A DNA stretch of 64,000 nucleotides from Treponema sp. (GTDB lineage Bacteria > Spirochaetota > Spirochaetia > Treponematales > Breznakiellaceae): positions 1,464 to 65,463 of the forward strand of contig JAITIK010000005.1 in the NCBI GenBank assembly GCA_031279555.1. The letters run 5' to 3'. The notes below the pieces were generated by a model. That model ran no database searches and was not told the DNA's origin. It worked only from the letters and a program-made list of their open reading frames with translations. Below, piece by piece: positions 32,414 through 41,759 of this stretch. Every line of letters begins with the position of its first letter. Position 1 is the stretch's first letter. Made by a program: the position numbers and the translations under genes.

Positions 32414-33810
32414 TCAGCCTCACGCGCCGCTTGACCCTGACGTACGCTCTTTTTATCAGTCTCGCCTTGGCTGTACTCACTTTCATGGTGAATCAGATCA
32501 CGCGGCAGGTATTCACCGGTCTTATAAAGCAAAACATCTCCGAAAAAAGCGATGATATTGTCTGGGTCATAGGCGAACAGTACAACCCGAACAGCCAGAG
32601 TTTCGATATTGTCACCATCGAAGCGATTGGCATGTATTTTATCCATGAAGGTTATATCCTGACCATATCTGACGAAAACGGCGGTTTCATCTGGGACGCC
32701 CGTTCCCATAATATGCGGGAATGTACGGAAGTGCTGGAATCCATCGCGGCCCGCATGAAAAGCGAATTTCGCGTGAGCGGCTCGTTTCAACACCAGCAAT
32801 ACCCGATATGGTACGCCAAACAGGTGGTTGGAAACGTAAGCATAGAAACATACGGCCCCTTCTTCTACAGCGAGACGGAAACGCTGTTTATGTCGTCCGT
32901 AAACCGCCTCTTTCTCATAGCGAGTCTCGCTTTTGTCCTATTAAGCGTCATCATTTCAATGCTGCTGTCCCGCGCCATAGCCCGCCCCATCCTCAAAGCC
33001 GAGGAAGCGGCGCATCAAATCGCCGTCTTGCATTCTTCCGGAAACGGCGGCCGGCAAAATTTGAGGATCCGGCTCAACGACCGCTACAAGACAAAGGAAT
33101 TGGCCGGTCTCTCCCGTTCAATCAATGAATTGGCGTATGAATTGGAAGAAGGGGATCGCCGCCAAAGACAGCTTGTTTCCGATATAGCCCACGAATTGCG
33201 CACTCCCCTCACCTATTTGCAGGGTTCTATAGAAGCTATACTTGACGGCGTGTGGGTGATGGATCGGGAGCATCTTGCAAGCTGCCATGAAGAAATCATG
33301 CGGATTATCCGCCTAGTGCAGGACATCAACACCCTGACCAACTTGGAGTGGGAACATACAAAGCTTGACAAGACAGATTTTGACCTTGCGGAGTTGCTGC
33401 GCGTTACATCTGAACAATTTAAGGCGGCGGCTCATAAAAAAGGCGTCGCCATAACGCTGAACCTTATCCCGAGCCCCATCAACGCGGACTATGATCGGCT
33501 TAAACAGGTGTTTATCAACCTCTTGTCCAACGCGGTACAGCATACGGATCAGGGAAGTATTGCCATCGTTATAGAGCCATCCTCCGAAAACCGGCGCATC
33601 TCCATCACAGACACCGGCTCCGGCATAGCGCCTGAGTATCTGCCGCGCATTTTCGAGCGCCTGTACCGCGCCGATAAATCCCGAAGCCGGAGCGCCGGCG
33701 GAGCCGGCATAGGGCTCGCCATAGCCGCCGCCATTGTTTCCGCCCATGGGGGAACCATCAGCGCCGAAAGCGGCGCCAACGGCAGCGCATTCCATGTGTT
33801 TCTACCGTAG
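32410..33810 (+). CDS. Sensor histidine kinase (two TM segments, HAMP, HisKA, HATPase_c)
   Basis: H-box SDIAHELRTPLT, N-box LLSNAVQHT, G-boxes DTGSGI and GAGIGLAI. ATGA overlap with the regulator gene. Confidence 0.9.
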   Translation: MISLTRRLTLTYALFISLALAVLTFMVNQITRQVFTGLIKQNISEKSDDIVWVIGEQYNPNSQSFDIVTIEAIGMYFIHEGYILTISDENGGFIWDARSHNMRECTEVLESIAARMKSEFRVSGSFQHQQYPIWYAKQVVGNVSIETYGPFFYSETETLFMSSVNRLFLIASLAFVLLSVIISMLLSRAIARPILKAEEAAHQIAVLHSSGNGGRQNLRIRLNDRYKTKELAGLSRSINELAYELEEGDRRQRQLVSDIAHELRTPLTYLQGSIEAILDGVWVMDREHLASCHEEIMRIIRLVQDINTLTNLEWEHTKLDKTDFDLAELLRVTSEQFKAAAHKKGVAITLNLIPSPINADYDRLKQVFINLLSNAVQHTDQGSIAIVIEPSSENRRISITDTGSGIAPEYLPRIFERLYRADKSRSRSAGGAGIGLAIAAAIVSAHGGTISAESGANGSAFHVFLP

Positions 33811-33840
33811 CGGGAGACCAAAAAGAAAAAGAATGAGCGA

Positions 33841-33902
33841 TTTTCTCCTAAAGCCTGTTCCAAAACCAACCCGAACGCAAGCTTGCGTTTTGGAACAAGC
33901 TC
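33841..33902. repeat. Hairpin repeat family, copy 8
   Basis: TTTTCTCCTAAAGCCTGTTCCAAAACCAACCCGAACGCAAGCTTGCGTTTTGGAACAAGCTC. Confidence 0.8.
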
Positions 33903-33974
33903 AATCCATATAATATGTTTGTTTTTATACTGTCTATTTCTGGAACATTCTTGCAATTATATTTTCCATAATAA

Positions 33975-34029
33975 GTGAGGCTGTTCCAAAAGCTGACATC
34001 CTAATAGGGCGCGTTTTGGAACAGCCTCA
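33975..34029. repeat. Hairpin repeat family, copy 9
   Basis: GTGAGGCTGTTCCAAAAGCTGACATCCTAATAGGGCGCGTTTTGGAACAGCCTCA. Confidence 0.8.
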
Positions 34030-34153
34030 AGTTACAGAAAATGTTAGAGGGTATTGCACACAACATCGTTTTTTTTCCTTAGCGAGAGGCCAGCGGCTGG
34101 CGGCAGATACATCGACATATCCGCCGCCGTCAAACAACAACAAGGGGCGCTCT

Positions 34154-35077
34154 CTAACCCGCCTCGTTCCATCTGCCTACTTTGCGTATTTTCTGGTTGC
34201 GGTAACGTACCAGCGCCGGAAGACCTCGGCGGCACAGATCGTCCAACTCCCGCTCAAGCGTCCGCTTGATGGATGCCGCGGTTGCGGCAATATCCATGTG
34301 GGCGCCGCCTTCCGGCTCCTGTATGACGCCATTGATGATCTTGAACGCCATGAGATCGCGGCTGGTGATGCGGAGCATAGCGGCGGCGTCTTTGGCGCGG
34401 GCCGCGTCTCGGAGGAGAATTGAGGCGCCTCCTTCAGGGCTGATGACCGAGTAGATGGCGTTTTCGAGCATGTAGATTTTGTCGCCGACGCACAAACCCA
34501 AGGCGCCACCCGACCCGCCCTCACCGATGACGATGCACACGATAGGCGTGTGAAGCTGGCTGAAGTCCCGCAGGTTGCGCGCTATCGCCTCTCCGATGCC
34601 GCGCTCCTCGGCGCCGATCCCCGGATAGGCGCCGGAGGTGTCAACAAAGGTGACGATAGGGCGGGAGAATTTTTCCGCCTGTTTCGCAAGACGCAAGGCT
34701 TTGCGGTAACCTTCGGGGTTTGCCATGCCGTGGTTGCGATACATATTGTCTTTCAGCGTACGCCCCTTCTGGTTTGCGAGAATGGTGACGGGTCTCCCGT
34801 TCAGAAGCCCAAGCCCGCAAATGATAGCGGGATCGTCGCCGAAACAACGATCCCCATGCAACTCAATGAAATTATCGAAAATATGTTCAATGTACTCAAG
34901 CGCGTAGGGGCGTTCCGGGTGCCGCGCAAGCTCCACGTATTTCCACGCCAACTCTGTTTTCGATTTTGCGCGCGCCTTTTCCTCAAGCGCCTTTAATTCG
35001 TCATCCGCGTCAAGGCCGGACGCTTTTGCCAGCCTCTTCAGTTCCGCTATCTTTTCCTGAAGTTCAATCGTATCCAT
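34154..35077 (-). CDS. accA: Acetyl-CoA carboxylase carboxyltransferase alpha subunit
   Basis: ..ARHPERPYALEYIEHIFDNFIELHGDR..FVDTSGAYPGIGAEERG..GEGGSGGALG. The start may be ATG 35077 or 35098. Confidence 0.9.
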   Translation of the reverse strand: MDTIELQEKIAELKRLAKASGLDADDELKALEEKARAKSKTELAWKYVELARHPERPYALEYIEHIFDNFIELHGDRCFGDDPAIICGLGLLNGRPVTILANQKGRTLKDNMYRNHGMANPEGYRKALRLAKQAEKFSRPIVTFVDTSGAYPGIGAEERGIGEAIARNLRDFSQLHTPIVCIVIGEGGSGGALGLCVGDKIYMLENAIYSVISPEGGASILLRDAARAKDAAAMLRITSRDLMAFKIINGVIQEPEGGAHMDIAATAASIKRTLERELDDLCRRGLPALVRYRNQKIRKVGRWNEAG

Positions 35078-35112
35078 ACGGTTAGTATACTGGAACACCG
35101 CTTCTTTTTCAA

Positions 35113-35167
35113 GTGCGGCTGTTCCAAAATGCGATCTATGTTCTGGTTAGTTTTGGAACAGGCTCAC
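35113..35167. repeat. Hairpin repeat family, copy 10
   Basis: GTGCGGCTGTTCCAAAATGCGATCTATGTTCTGGTTAGTTTTGGAACAGGCTCAC, between the amylase and accA genes. Confidence 0.8.
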
Positions 35168-35224
35168 GTATTCGCAGAAAAAATGACGCCTCGCCAAGCG
35201 GCGGAGACAGCCTGGAAATCGCCC

Positions 35225-36634
35225 CTATTCCGCGCCCGGCTCCAACACATTCGCCCACGATGGATATACCGGTACAGCAAGCGCCCCGTTTGAAACATGG
35301 AATTCGCGGCCGCCGTTCAGCACATCCTTCCAACGCTTGATCTTTGAGCGCAGGTCTCCGGCATTAATGGAAATAACGCGCTCCTTGTCTGAAGCGTTCA
35401 CCGTGACAAGCGCCTGTTTCCCATCCTTTTCCCGCATAAAGGCGAATTGTTCGGAAGAAACGTACAATTCACGATAAGAGCCTTCCCGTAAAGCCAGGCT
35501 GTTTTTTCGTATGCGGGCAAAATCCACAATCGCTTTGAGCAGCGCATTTCTGTCAACCGCAGTCTCCGCCGTCCGTATGGCGTCCCATGAAGGACGCAGA
35601 GCGCGGTCGCTGTCATGGCCGCGTTCTCCCAAAACGCCGAATTCGTCGCCATAATAGAGAGACGGAATGCCCGGAACCGTGAAAAGCAGGGCGTAAAGCG
35701 GAAAGAGGTGAGCCTTGTTTTTCACAGAGCTGGCGACGCGGTTCACGTCATGGTTGTCGGCGAAATTGTAGAGAACGTTTTCGCGGTACAAGCCGATGTC
35801 CCCGAACTGCCGTCTCAGCGTCCATGCGATCTCAAAAAAATTCTTGTCATTGAAACTTGACCATAGCCCTTTGTATAGCTCATAGTTGGTGACGCTCTGC
35901 AATCTGCATGGAGTCTTCTCCGCCCTACCGGTAGGTAGATTTTGGGGCCGAAAAAGCCATTTCCGGTAATCCCCCGCGACCACCTCTCCCATGAGCCAAA
36001 AATCTTTTTTCAACGCCACGCACCGATCTGAAAGTTCATCCATAAATTCAGCCGAAAGGTGATCCGCCGCGTCAAGCCGCAGCCCGTCAATGTCGAACTC
36101 TTGGATCCAAAACTTCACTGCGGCGAAGAGGTATTCCCGCGCCTCGCGGTTTCGGCTGTTGAATTTTACAAGATTGTAATGGCCGTTCCACCCGTCATAG
36201 GTGAAGTTGTCCCCGCAAGGGCTTTTGCCGTTAAACCGCGTATTGCTGAACCAGTCGCGGTACGCAGACCGCTCTCCATGCGCCTGGAGGTCTTTGAACG
36301 CGAAAAAATGTCGTCCCGTGTGGTTCAAAACCGCGTCAAGTACGATGATTATGCCATTGCCATGGAAAGTTTGCGCCAGCCGTTTCAAGCTGTCGTTATT
36401 GCCCAGCCTGCGATCAACATGAAAATAATCAAGCGTATCGTAGCCGTGCGCGGCGGACTCAAACACAGGTCCAATGTACACGGCGTTGACTCCCATGTCC
36501 AGAAGGCGCGGAATATGCGCCTCAATGCCGCGCAACCCGTGTCCCGCAGGACAGGAAAAATCGTTCTTTTCCGGACACCCGCAGAACCCCAGCGGGTAAA
36601 TATGGTAAAAAAACCTGTCCGTCATATTGTTCAT
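35225..36634 (-). CDS. GH13 alpha-amylase-family glycoside hydrolase
   Basis: The conserved GH13 regions are present: DAVLNHTG, GLRLDAADHL, WLMGEVV, NFADNHD. Confidence 0.85.
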   Translation of the reverse strand: MNNMTDRFFYHIYPLGFCGCPEKNDFSCPAGHGLRGIEAHIPRLLDMGVNAVYIGPVFESAAHGYDTLDYFHVDRRLGNNDSLKRLAQTFHGNGIIIVLDAVLNHTGRHFFAFKDLQAHGERSAYRDWFSNTRFNGKSPCGDNFTYDGWNGHYNLVKFNSRNREAREYLFAAVKFWIQEFDIDGLRLDAADHLSAEFMDELSDRCVALKKDFWLMGEVVAGDYRKWLFRPQNLPTGRAEKTPCRLQSVTNYELYKGLWSSFNDKNFFEIAWTLRRQFGDIGLYRENVLYNFADNHDVNRVASSVKNKAHLFPLYALLFTVPGIPSLYYGDEFGVLGERGHDSDRALRPSWDAIRTAETAVDRNALLKAIVDFARIRKNSLALREGSYRELYVSSEQFAFMREKDGKQALVTVNASDKERVISINAGDLRSKIKRWKDVLNGGREFHVSNGALAVPVYPSWANVLEPGAE

Positions 36635-36653
36635 AAAAACCTCCTACATTAAG

Positions 36654-37226
36654 TTAAGAAAATATGCCATGCATGTAGTTGTGGACAATCCGGCGCCGCA
36701 GTTGATCGTCGAATTCGACTTCTCCGTTTATCAGGAGGATCGCCCATGTGTCCAGCAGTCCGAAGAACGTTTCGGCGTATACCCATTCCCGCTCCTTCAT
36801 GTTCCCATGATCGGCTGAGGCCTGGGTAAAAAGACATCTCAGCATGGAAACAAGCTCCCTGCGGAGCGGGTTGCCCGCCGCATAGCTCGCGGTCTCCGGC
36901 GCGGAAGAAAAAAGGCTGTGCGCGAGCCGGAAGAAAGCCGTATCCCGGCGCGCAAAATTCATTGTCCCATTAAACAGCGATGTTAAATTCATCGCAAGGT
37001 CATGCCGGTATTCCACCGCTTTTTTGACGACCGCGCGCAATTCCGCGCCGTGTTCAGCGACAATGGCTTCCAAAAGCCCTCGCTTGCTTTTAAAATGATA
37101 GTACAAACTTGGCTTGGCAAGCTCCGCCTTATCCGCTATCGCCTGTACGCCAACCGTTTCAAACCCCTGTTTTGAAAACAACTCCAGCGCCGTATTCAAA
37201 ATGACCGCGCGTGTGTCCTGCTCCAT
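36654..37226 (-). CDS. TetR/AcrR-family transcriptional regulator
   Basis: The HTH reads ILNTALELFSKQGFETVGVQAIADKAELAKPSLYYHFKSK. The start is trimmed to ATG 37226 (MEQDTRAV). Confidence 0.85.
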   Translation of the reverse strand: MEQDTRAVILNTALELFSKQGFETVGVQAIADKAELAKPSLYYHFKSKRGLLEAIVAEHGAELRAVVKKAVEYRHDLAMNLTSLFNGTMNFARRDTAFFRLAHSLFSSAPETASYAAGNPLRRELVSMLRCLFTQASADHGNMKEREWVYAETFFGLLDTWAILLINGEVEFDDQLRRRIVHNYMHGIFS

Positions 37227-37410
37227 ACCAGTAATATACCGAATGGTAAGTAAAACGTCAAGTACAAAATCCGGCGGCGGAGTGGGTTGGTGTATGCGAA
37301 GCGTACGGATTTCCCCCACCCCTCTTGCATTTACTTTCATAATATGATAGATTCTTATAATAAATATACCGATAAATAATAAACAGGCCGATAAAAATTA
37401 TGAGGACTAT

Positions 37411-37824
37411 ATGACTAATTTTGAAAAAACTCTAGACATCGTTCACCGCACCATGGACGCAAGCATTATCAGGCGGAATGCGATTGCAAACAATATAGCC
37501 AATGCGGCGGTTCCCAACTTCAAGCGGTCGGAGGTAAATTTCGAGAGCGAACTAAAACGCGCCCTTGATTCCGAGCGGCAAAGACCGGTTTTGGGCCTTG
37601 CCTTGACCGATCCCAAGCATATTTCCAATCACATGGAAAAAGATTATCGTGATGTAACGCCCCGCCGCGCGCTGGATTATGTGAGCCAGTCCAAGAATAA
37701 TGGGAACAATGTCGACGCTGAAGAGGAAATGACGCTCGCTTTGCAGAATGAGATGCTCTATACGATGCTTGCGGGAGCGGCTTCATTTGAATTTGCTCAG
37801 GTGAACATGGCGTTGCGGGGTTGA
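37411..37824 (+). CDS. flgB: Flagellar basal-body rod protein FlgB
   Basis: 137 aa with the N-terminal rod motif RRNAIANNIANAAVPNFKR. First gene of the flgB-fliI block. Confidence 0.9.
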   Translation: MTNFEKTLDIVHRTMDASIIRRNAIANNIANAAVPNFKRSEVNFESELKRALDSERQRPVLGLALTDPKHISNHMEKDYRDVTPRRALDYVSQSKNNGNNVDAEEEMTLALQNEMLYTMLAGAASFEFAQVNMALRG

Positions 37825-37876
37825 TATCCGCAATATTAACCTCATTTTAGAGTAAGACGGCGTTTGGAGGAAAGTG

Positions 37877-38338
37877 ATGGGAATATTCAGTTCAATAAAC
37901 ATAGCGGCGACCGGTATGAGCGCGGAACGACTCCGTTCTGATGTCATAGCCGACAATATAGCGAATGCGTCAACAACCCGCACCGCGGAAGGCGGACCCT
38001 TCCGCAGAAGCAGGGTTATTATGAGACCGAGGACGGAAGGCCCCTATTGGCGTTCGCCTTTTCTGCCGGATGGCATGGATAATGGAGCGGGTACTGGCGT
38101 ACGAGTTGTGGAGGTGCAGAAGGACATGTCCACAAAAAACCGGCTGGTCTACGATCCGACGCATCCCGACGCCATAAAAGAAGGGCCGCAAGCCGGGTAC
38201 GTTGAGATGCCAAACGTTGACATTGTTACGGAAATGGTCGATCTGATAGCGGCCTCACGCGCGTATGAGGCGAACGCTTCCATTATTGATGGCGCCAAAT
38301 CAATGTTTCAGAAAGCGCTTGAGATAGGAGGAAGATAA
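37877..38338 (+). CDS. flgC: Flagellar basal-body rod protein FlgC
   Basis: MGIFSSINIAATGMSAERLRSDVIADNIANAST.. and the C-terminal AASRAYEANASII. ATG 37877 lies 6 nt after GGAGG. Confidence 0.9.
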   Translation: MGIFSSINIAATGMSAERLRSDVIADNIANASTTRTAEGGPFRRSRVIMRPRTEGPYWRSPFLPDGMDNGAGTGVRVVEVQKDMSTKNRLVYDPTHPDAIKEGPQAGYVEMPNVDIVTEMVDLIAASRAYEANASIIDGAKSMFQKALEIGGR

Positions 38339-38341
38339 TAT

Positions 38342-38719
38342 ATGACGCTTACACCGCCGGTTCTTACGCATGTTGACGCTCTCCAACTTGCCATAACCAA
38401 TCCCAAGCATATAATGCCGACAGGGGGGAATCCGTTTCCGTCCGGACAGCAAATTATCTCGCTGGAAGAGAAAATCGGTTCGGAAGCTGCGATTCGCTCC
38501 GGTCAATTCGACGATATGATGCTCCGCGCTCTGGATCAGGTGAGCGCAGACGAGCAGTACTCCAACGCTTTGATTCAGAAAGCTATAGTTGATCCTGATT
38601 CGGTAGATACCCATGACATTACAATCGCACAGGCGAAGGCATCGATGTCCTTAAACATCACTCGGACGGTTCTCAGCCGTTTGGTGCAAGATTGGAGAGA
38701 TCTTATCAACCTACGGTAG
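38342..38719 (+). CDS. fliE: Flagellar hook-basal body complex protein FliE
   Basis: The size, the position between flgC and fliF, and the C-terminal AKASMSLNITRTVLSRLVQDWRDLINL are typical of FliE. Confidence 0.85.
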   Translation: MTLTPPVLTHVDALQLAITNPKHIMPTGGNPFPSGQQIISLEEKIGSEAAIRSGQFDDMMLRALDQVSADEQYSNALIQKAIVDPDSVDTHDITIAQAKASMSLNITRTVLSRLVQDWRDLINLR

Positions 38720-38755
38720 TAAAAAGTGTAAAAAAGGAGCCGCCGGGGAGGGTAC

Positions 38756-40459
38756 ATGGGCGAATGGTTAAAAAGGTTAGTTGAAAATATTAAAAAACTC
38801 TGGGCTACATGGTCGTTAGCGCAGAAGCTTGTCTTGGCCGCCATTATAGCGGTTGTTGTTATAGGACTTATTCTTTTGTTTTCGGTATCCGCAAGTCCAA
38901 CAATGGCGCCGGTGATTGACGCGCCCATACGGGATGCGGACGCGCAGGATCGCATAGTTACACGGCTCAACGCCGAGGGCGTCAAGACATCCATTTCCGG
39001 AAGCGGCGTCATTATGGTGCCGGATGAAGCCACGGCGCGGCGTATGCGCGCTCTTCTTATCCGTGAAGATCTCATCCCACAGGGTACGGATCCATGGGCT
39101 GTCTTTGACCGTGAACGATGGACAATTACAGACTTTGAACGTAATGTAAACCTTCAACGAGCTATCCGTCAAATGGTGACGGATCATATCAAAGCGCTGG
39201 AGGAAGTCGACGACGTGAACGTTACGCTTGTCATACCCGGAAAGGAGCTTTTTGAGGCGGATCAAAATCCCGTATCGGCAAGCGTCGTCATCACGCCCAA
39301 ACCCGGCAGCGACATCACCGAAAACCGGAAAAAAATCGAAGGCATACAAAAGATTCTAAAATTCGCGGTTGAAGGGTTGAAAGACGAAAATATCGTTATT
39401 ACAGATCAGCGCGGCATCGTGTTGAACGACTTTACCGGCATGGCTGACATGGATAGGCTCGCCCTCATTGAGAAGGGCAATAAAATGATCCGCAATCTGG
39501 AATTCCAGTACCGCGCGGCGATTCTTTCCTCTTTGCAAAGCATTTTCGGATCGGACAGGGTGCGCGATTTGAATATCAAAATAGAGATGAACCTCTCACG
39601 GCAAAGCGTCAATACTGAAGAATTCTTTCCGGTAACGCTGAAGCCAAGAACACCGGGTCTTTCTTACGATGATTCTGAAATGGCTCCTTCAGTTACGAGG
39701 TCAAAGTCCACATCCAGCACCACCTGGAAAGGCACCGGCTTTAATCCCGAAGGTCCGTCCGGCGTGGAAGGACAGACGCCCCCCGCGTTCCGCGATATGT
39801 CAAACCTGTACGGAGAAGTCACGGAGGAAACCCTTGTTGACAACGAGGAAATCAACAAAAGGGTTATTCAGGAGGAGAGAACCCCGACCATTGATCGGGT
39901 GACCGTTTCCGCTAACATAGATGGAGTATGGACAGTAAAAAAGGACGAGCAGGGAAAAGAGATTGTAACAAACGGTTCGCTTGAACGTGAATATACGCCG
40001 GTTTCCGCTGATGATCTGCGGGCGGCGGCGGCCTTGATTCAGAACTCTATTGGGTACAACGCAAGCCGCGGAGACTCGGTGACTGTGCAAAGCATACCAA
40101 TAGACAGGAGCAGTCAGTTTGCGGAAGAAGACGCCAAATTGCTGAAAGAGAAACGGCTTCAGCTTGTTCTGTTGTTCGCCGTTATCGGACTTATCTTGCT
40201 TCTTGTCGGATTCCTCGTCTTCCGCATAATATCCCGCGAGATAGAACGGCGTCGCAGGGCTGAGGAAGAAGAACGCGCCCGCCGTGAGCAGGAACTGCGG
40301 GAAAACGCTCTTATGCAAGCCGAAGAAGAAGACGCGCAGGTGGTGATGTCCGTAGAAGAGCGCACCCGCTTGGAACTGCAAGAGAGTATTGCAAATACGG
40401 CAAGACAACACCCGGAGGATGTCGCTTCGCTTATCAGAACGTGGTTGCTTGATGAGTGA
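38756..40459 (+). CDS. fliF: Flagellar MS-ring protein FliF
   Basis: 567 aa with an N-terminal TM and a late TM (LVLLFAVIGLILLLVGFLVF), followed by a charged C-terminus. Position is canonical. Confidence 0.9.
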   Translation: MGEWLKRLVENIKKLWATWSLAQKLVLAAIIAVVVIGLILLFSVSASPTMAPVIDAPIRDADAQDRIVTRLNAEGVKTSISGSGVIMVPDEATARRMRALLIREDLIPQGTDPWAVFDRERWTITDFERNVNLQRAIRQMVTDHIKALEEVDDVNVTLVIPGKELFEADQNPVSASVVITPKPGSDITENRKKIEGIQKILKFAVEGLKDENIVITDQRGIVLNDFTGMADMDRLALIEKGNKMIRNLEFQYRAAILSSLQSIFGSDRVRDLNIKIEMNLSRQSVNTEEFFPVTLKPRTPGLSYDDSEMAPSVTRSKSTSSTTWKGTGFNPEGPSGVEGQTPPAFRDMSNLYGEVTEETLVDNEEINKRVIQEERTPTIDRVTVSANIDGVWTVKKDEQGKEIVTNGSLEREYTPVSADDLRAAAALIQNSIGYNASRGDSVTVQSIPIDRSSQFAEEDAKLLKEKRLQLVLLFAVIGLILLLVGFLVFRIISREIERRRRAEEEERARREQELRENALMQAEEEDAQVVMSVEERTRLELQESIANTARQHPEDVASLIRTWLLDE

Positions 40460-40576
40460 CGCGAACCGTCGAACGAGCGTTCATGAACTGGATTCGGCGC
40501 GATTGCTTTGCGTTTCGATGATTGAGCTTTGGTGGATTTTGCGACGCATAGCCGTAGAAATTAGGAGGAGGAATAC

Positions 40577-41629
40577 GTGGCAAAAGTAATGGATACAGGA
40601 TCCGAGTACACCGGGAAGAAAAAAAGCGATAAAACCTTCAATGGAAGGCAGAAAGCCGCCATTTTCTTGGTCACTATAGGCTCGGAAATTTCCGCCGAAA
40701 TATTCAAATACCTCAGAGAAGATGAAATTGAGACGCTTACGTTTGAAATCGCCCGTCTTGAAACCATAGATCCGGATCAAAAAGATGCCATCTTGCAGGA
40801 ATTCCAGGAACTGATGATGGCGAATCAGTTCATTTCTACCGGCGGCATTGACTATGCGCGAGAACTCCTCGAAAAAGCCTTGGGAAGCCAGAAAGCTGTT
40901 GATATCATCAACAGGCTGACATCAAGTTTGCAAGTGCGCCCCTTTGACTTCATCAGGCGCACGGATCCGGCTCACCTTCTGAATTTCATTCAACAGGAAC
41001 ATCCCCAGACTATCGCCCTTATCCTTGCGTACCTTGAACCGAACAAAGCGTCCGTTATTCTGCAAAATCTGCCGCACGAAGTGCAAAGCGATGTGGCGCG
41101 GCGTATCGCGACCATGGATCGCACTAGCCCGGAAGTGTTGCGCGAGGTTGAGCGGGTGCTTGAGAAAAAGCTCTCCACCCTGTCAAGCGAAGACTACACT
41201 GCGGCGGGCGGCGTTCCGAGCATCGTTGAAATCCTCAACCTTGTTGACCGCGCATCTGAGAAGCAGATAATCGAATCTCTTGAAGATGAAGATCCGGAGC
41301 TTGCCGAAGAAATCAAGAAGCGCATGTTTGTGTTCGAAGATATTGTCATGCTTGACGATAAAGCGATTCAGAAGGTTATGCGCGAAGTTGACGGGCAGGA
41401 ACTGGCAAAGGCGCTCAAGTCCGTTGACCAAGAGGTTCAGGACAAAATATTCAGAAACATGAGCAAGCGCGCCGCCGGTATGCTCAAAGAAGATATGGAA
41501 TTCATGGGGCCTGTACGCCTGAAAGACGTTGAAGAAGCCCAGCAGAAGATCGTGTCAATCATTAGAAAGCTTGAAGATTCCGGTGAAATCGTGGTTGCCC
41601 GCGCCGGCGAAGACGAACTGGTTGTGTAA
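40577..41629 (+). CDS. fliG: Flagellar motor switch protein FliG
   Basis: 350 aa: ..GRQKAAIFLVTIGSEISAEIFKYLREDEIE..EVQSDVARRIATMDRTSPE..MFVFEDIVMLDD.. Confidence 0.95.
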   Translation: MAKVMDTGSEYTGKKKSDKTFNGRQKAAIFLVTIGSEISAEIFKYLREDEIETLTFEIARLETIDPDQKDAILQEFQELMMANQFISTGGIDYARELLEKALGSQKAVDIINRLTSSLQVRPFDFIRRTDPAHLLNFIQQEHPQTIALILAYLEPNKASVILQNLPHEVQSDVARRIATMDRTSPEVLREVERVLEKKLSTLSSEDYTAAGGVPSIVEILNLVDRASEKQIIESLEDEDPELAEEIKKRMFVFEDIVMLDDKAIQKVMREVDGQELAKALKSVDQEVQDKIFRNMSKRAAGMLKEDMEFMGPVRLKDVEEAQQKIVSIIRKLEDSGEIVVARAGEDELVV

Positions 41630-41643
41630 ATGGTCATAATTAT

Positions 41644-41757
41644 GAGTCTTTCCCCAAACGCGAACTATGTTCGGGCTGGTTTTGAGAAAGACTTTTGGAA
41701 AGAACGGCAAAAAAACCGTTTCTTCCATTAAATCTAAGGCAACTCTCTTATGAGAGA
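41644..41757 (+). repeat. Hairpin repeat family, composite (shorter) form, copy 11, inside the flagellar operon
   Basis: In order: GAGTCTTTCCCCAAACGCGAACTATGTTCGGGCTGGTTTTGAGAAAGACT, hairpin GGAAAGAACGG-CAAAAAAA-CCGTTTCTTCC, then ATTAAATCTAAG. It fills the fliG-fliH spacer. Confidence 0.85.
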
Positions 41758-41759
41758 AA

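Noticed and set aside
34016-34423. 135-aa plus-strand ORF starting in the repeat-rich spacer and running antisense into accA
   Set aside because: It starts inside a repeat copy, overlaps accA on the opposite strand and has no recognisable motif.
37368-37394. Sigma28-like -10 elements (GCCGATAA at 37387-37394; ACCGATAA at 37369-37376) upstream of flgB
   Set aside because: No TAAA -35 lies at the required 15-nt spacing for either. A start from the proximal one would fall on or after the RBS, about 10 nt from the ATG. A sigma70-type TATAAT at 37356-37361 is at least as plausible. The promoter is left uncalled.
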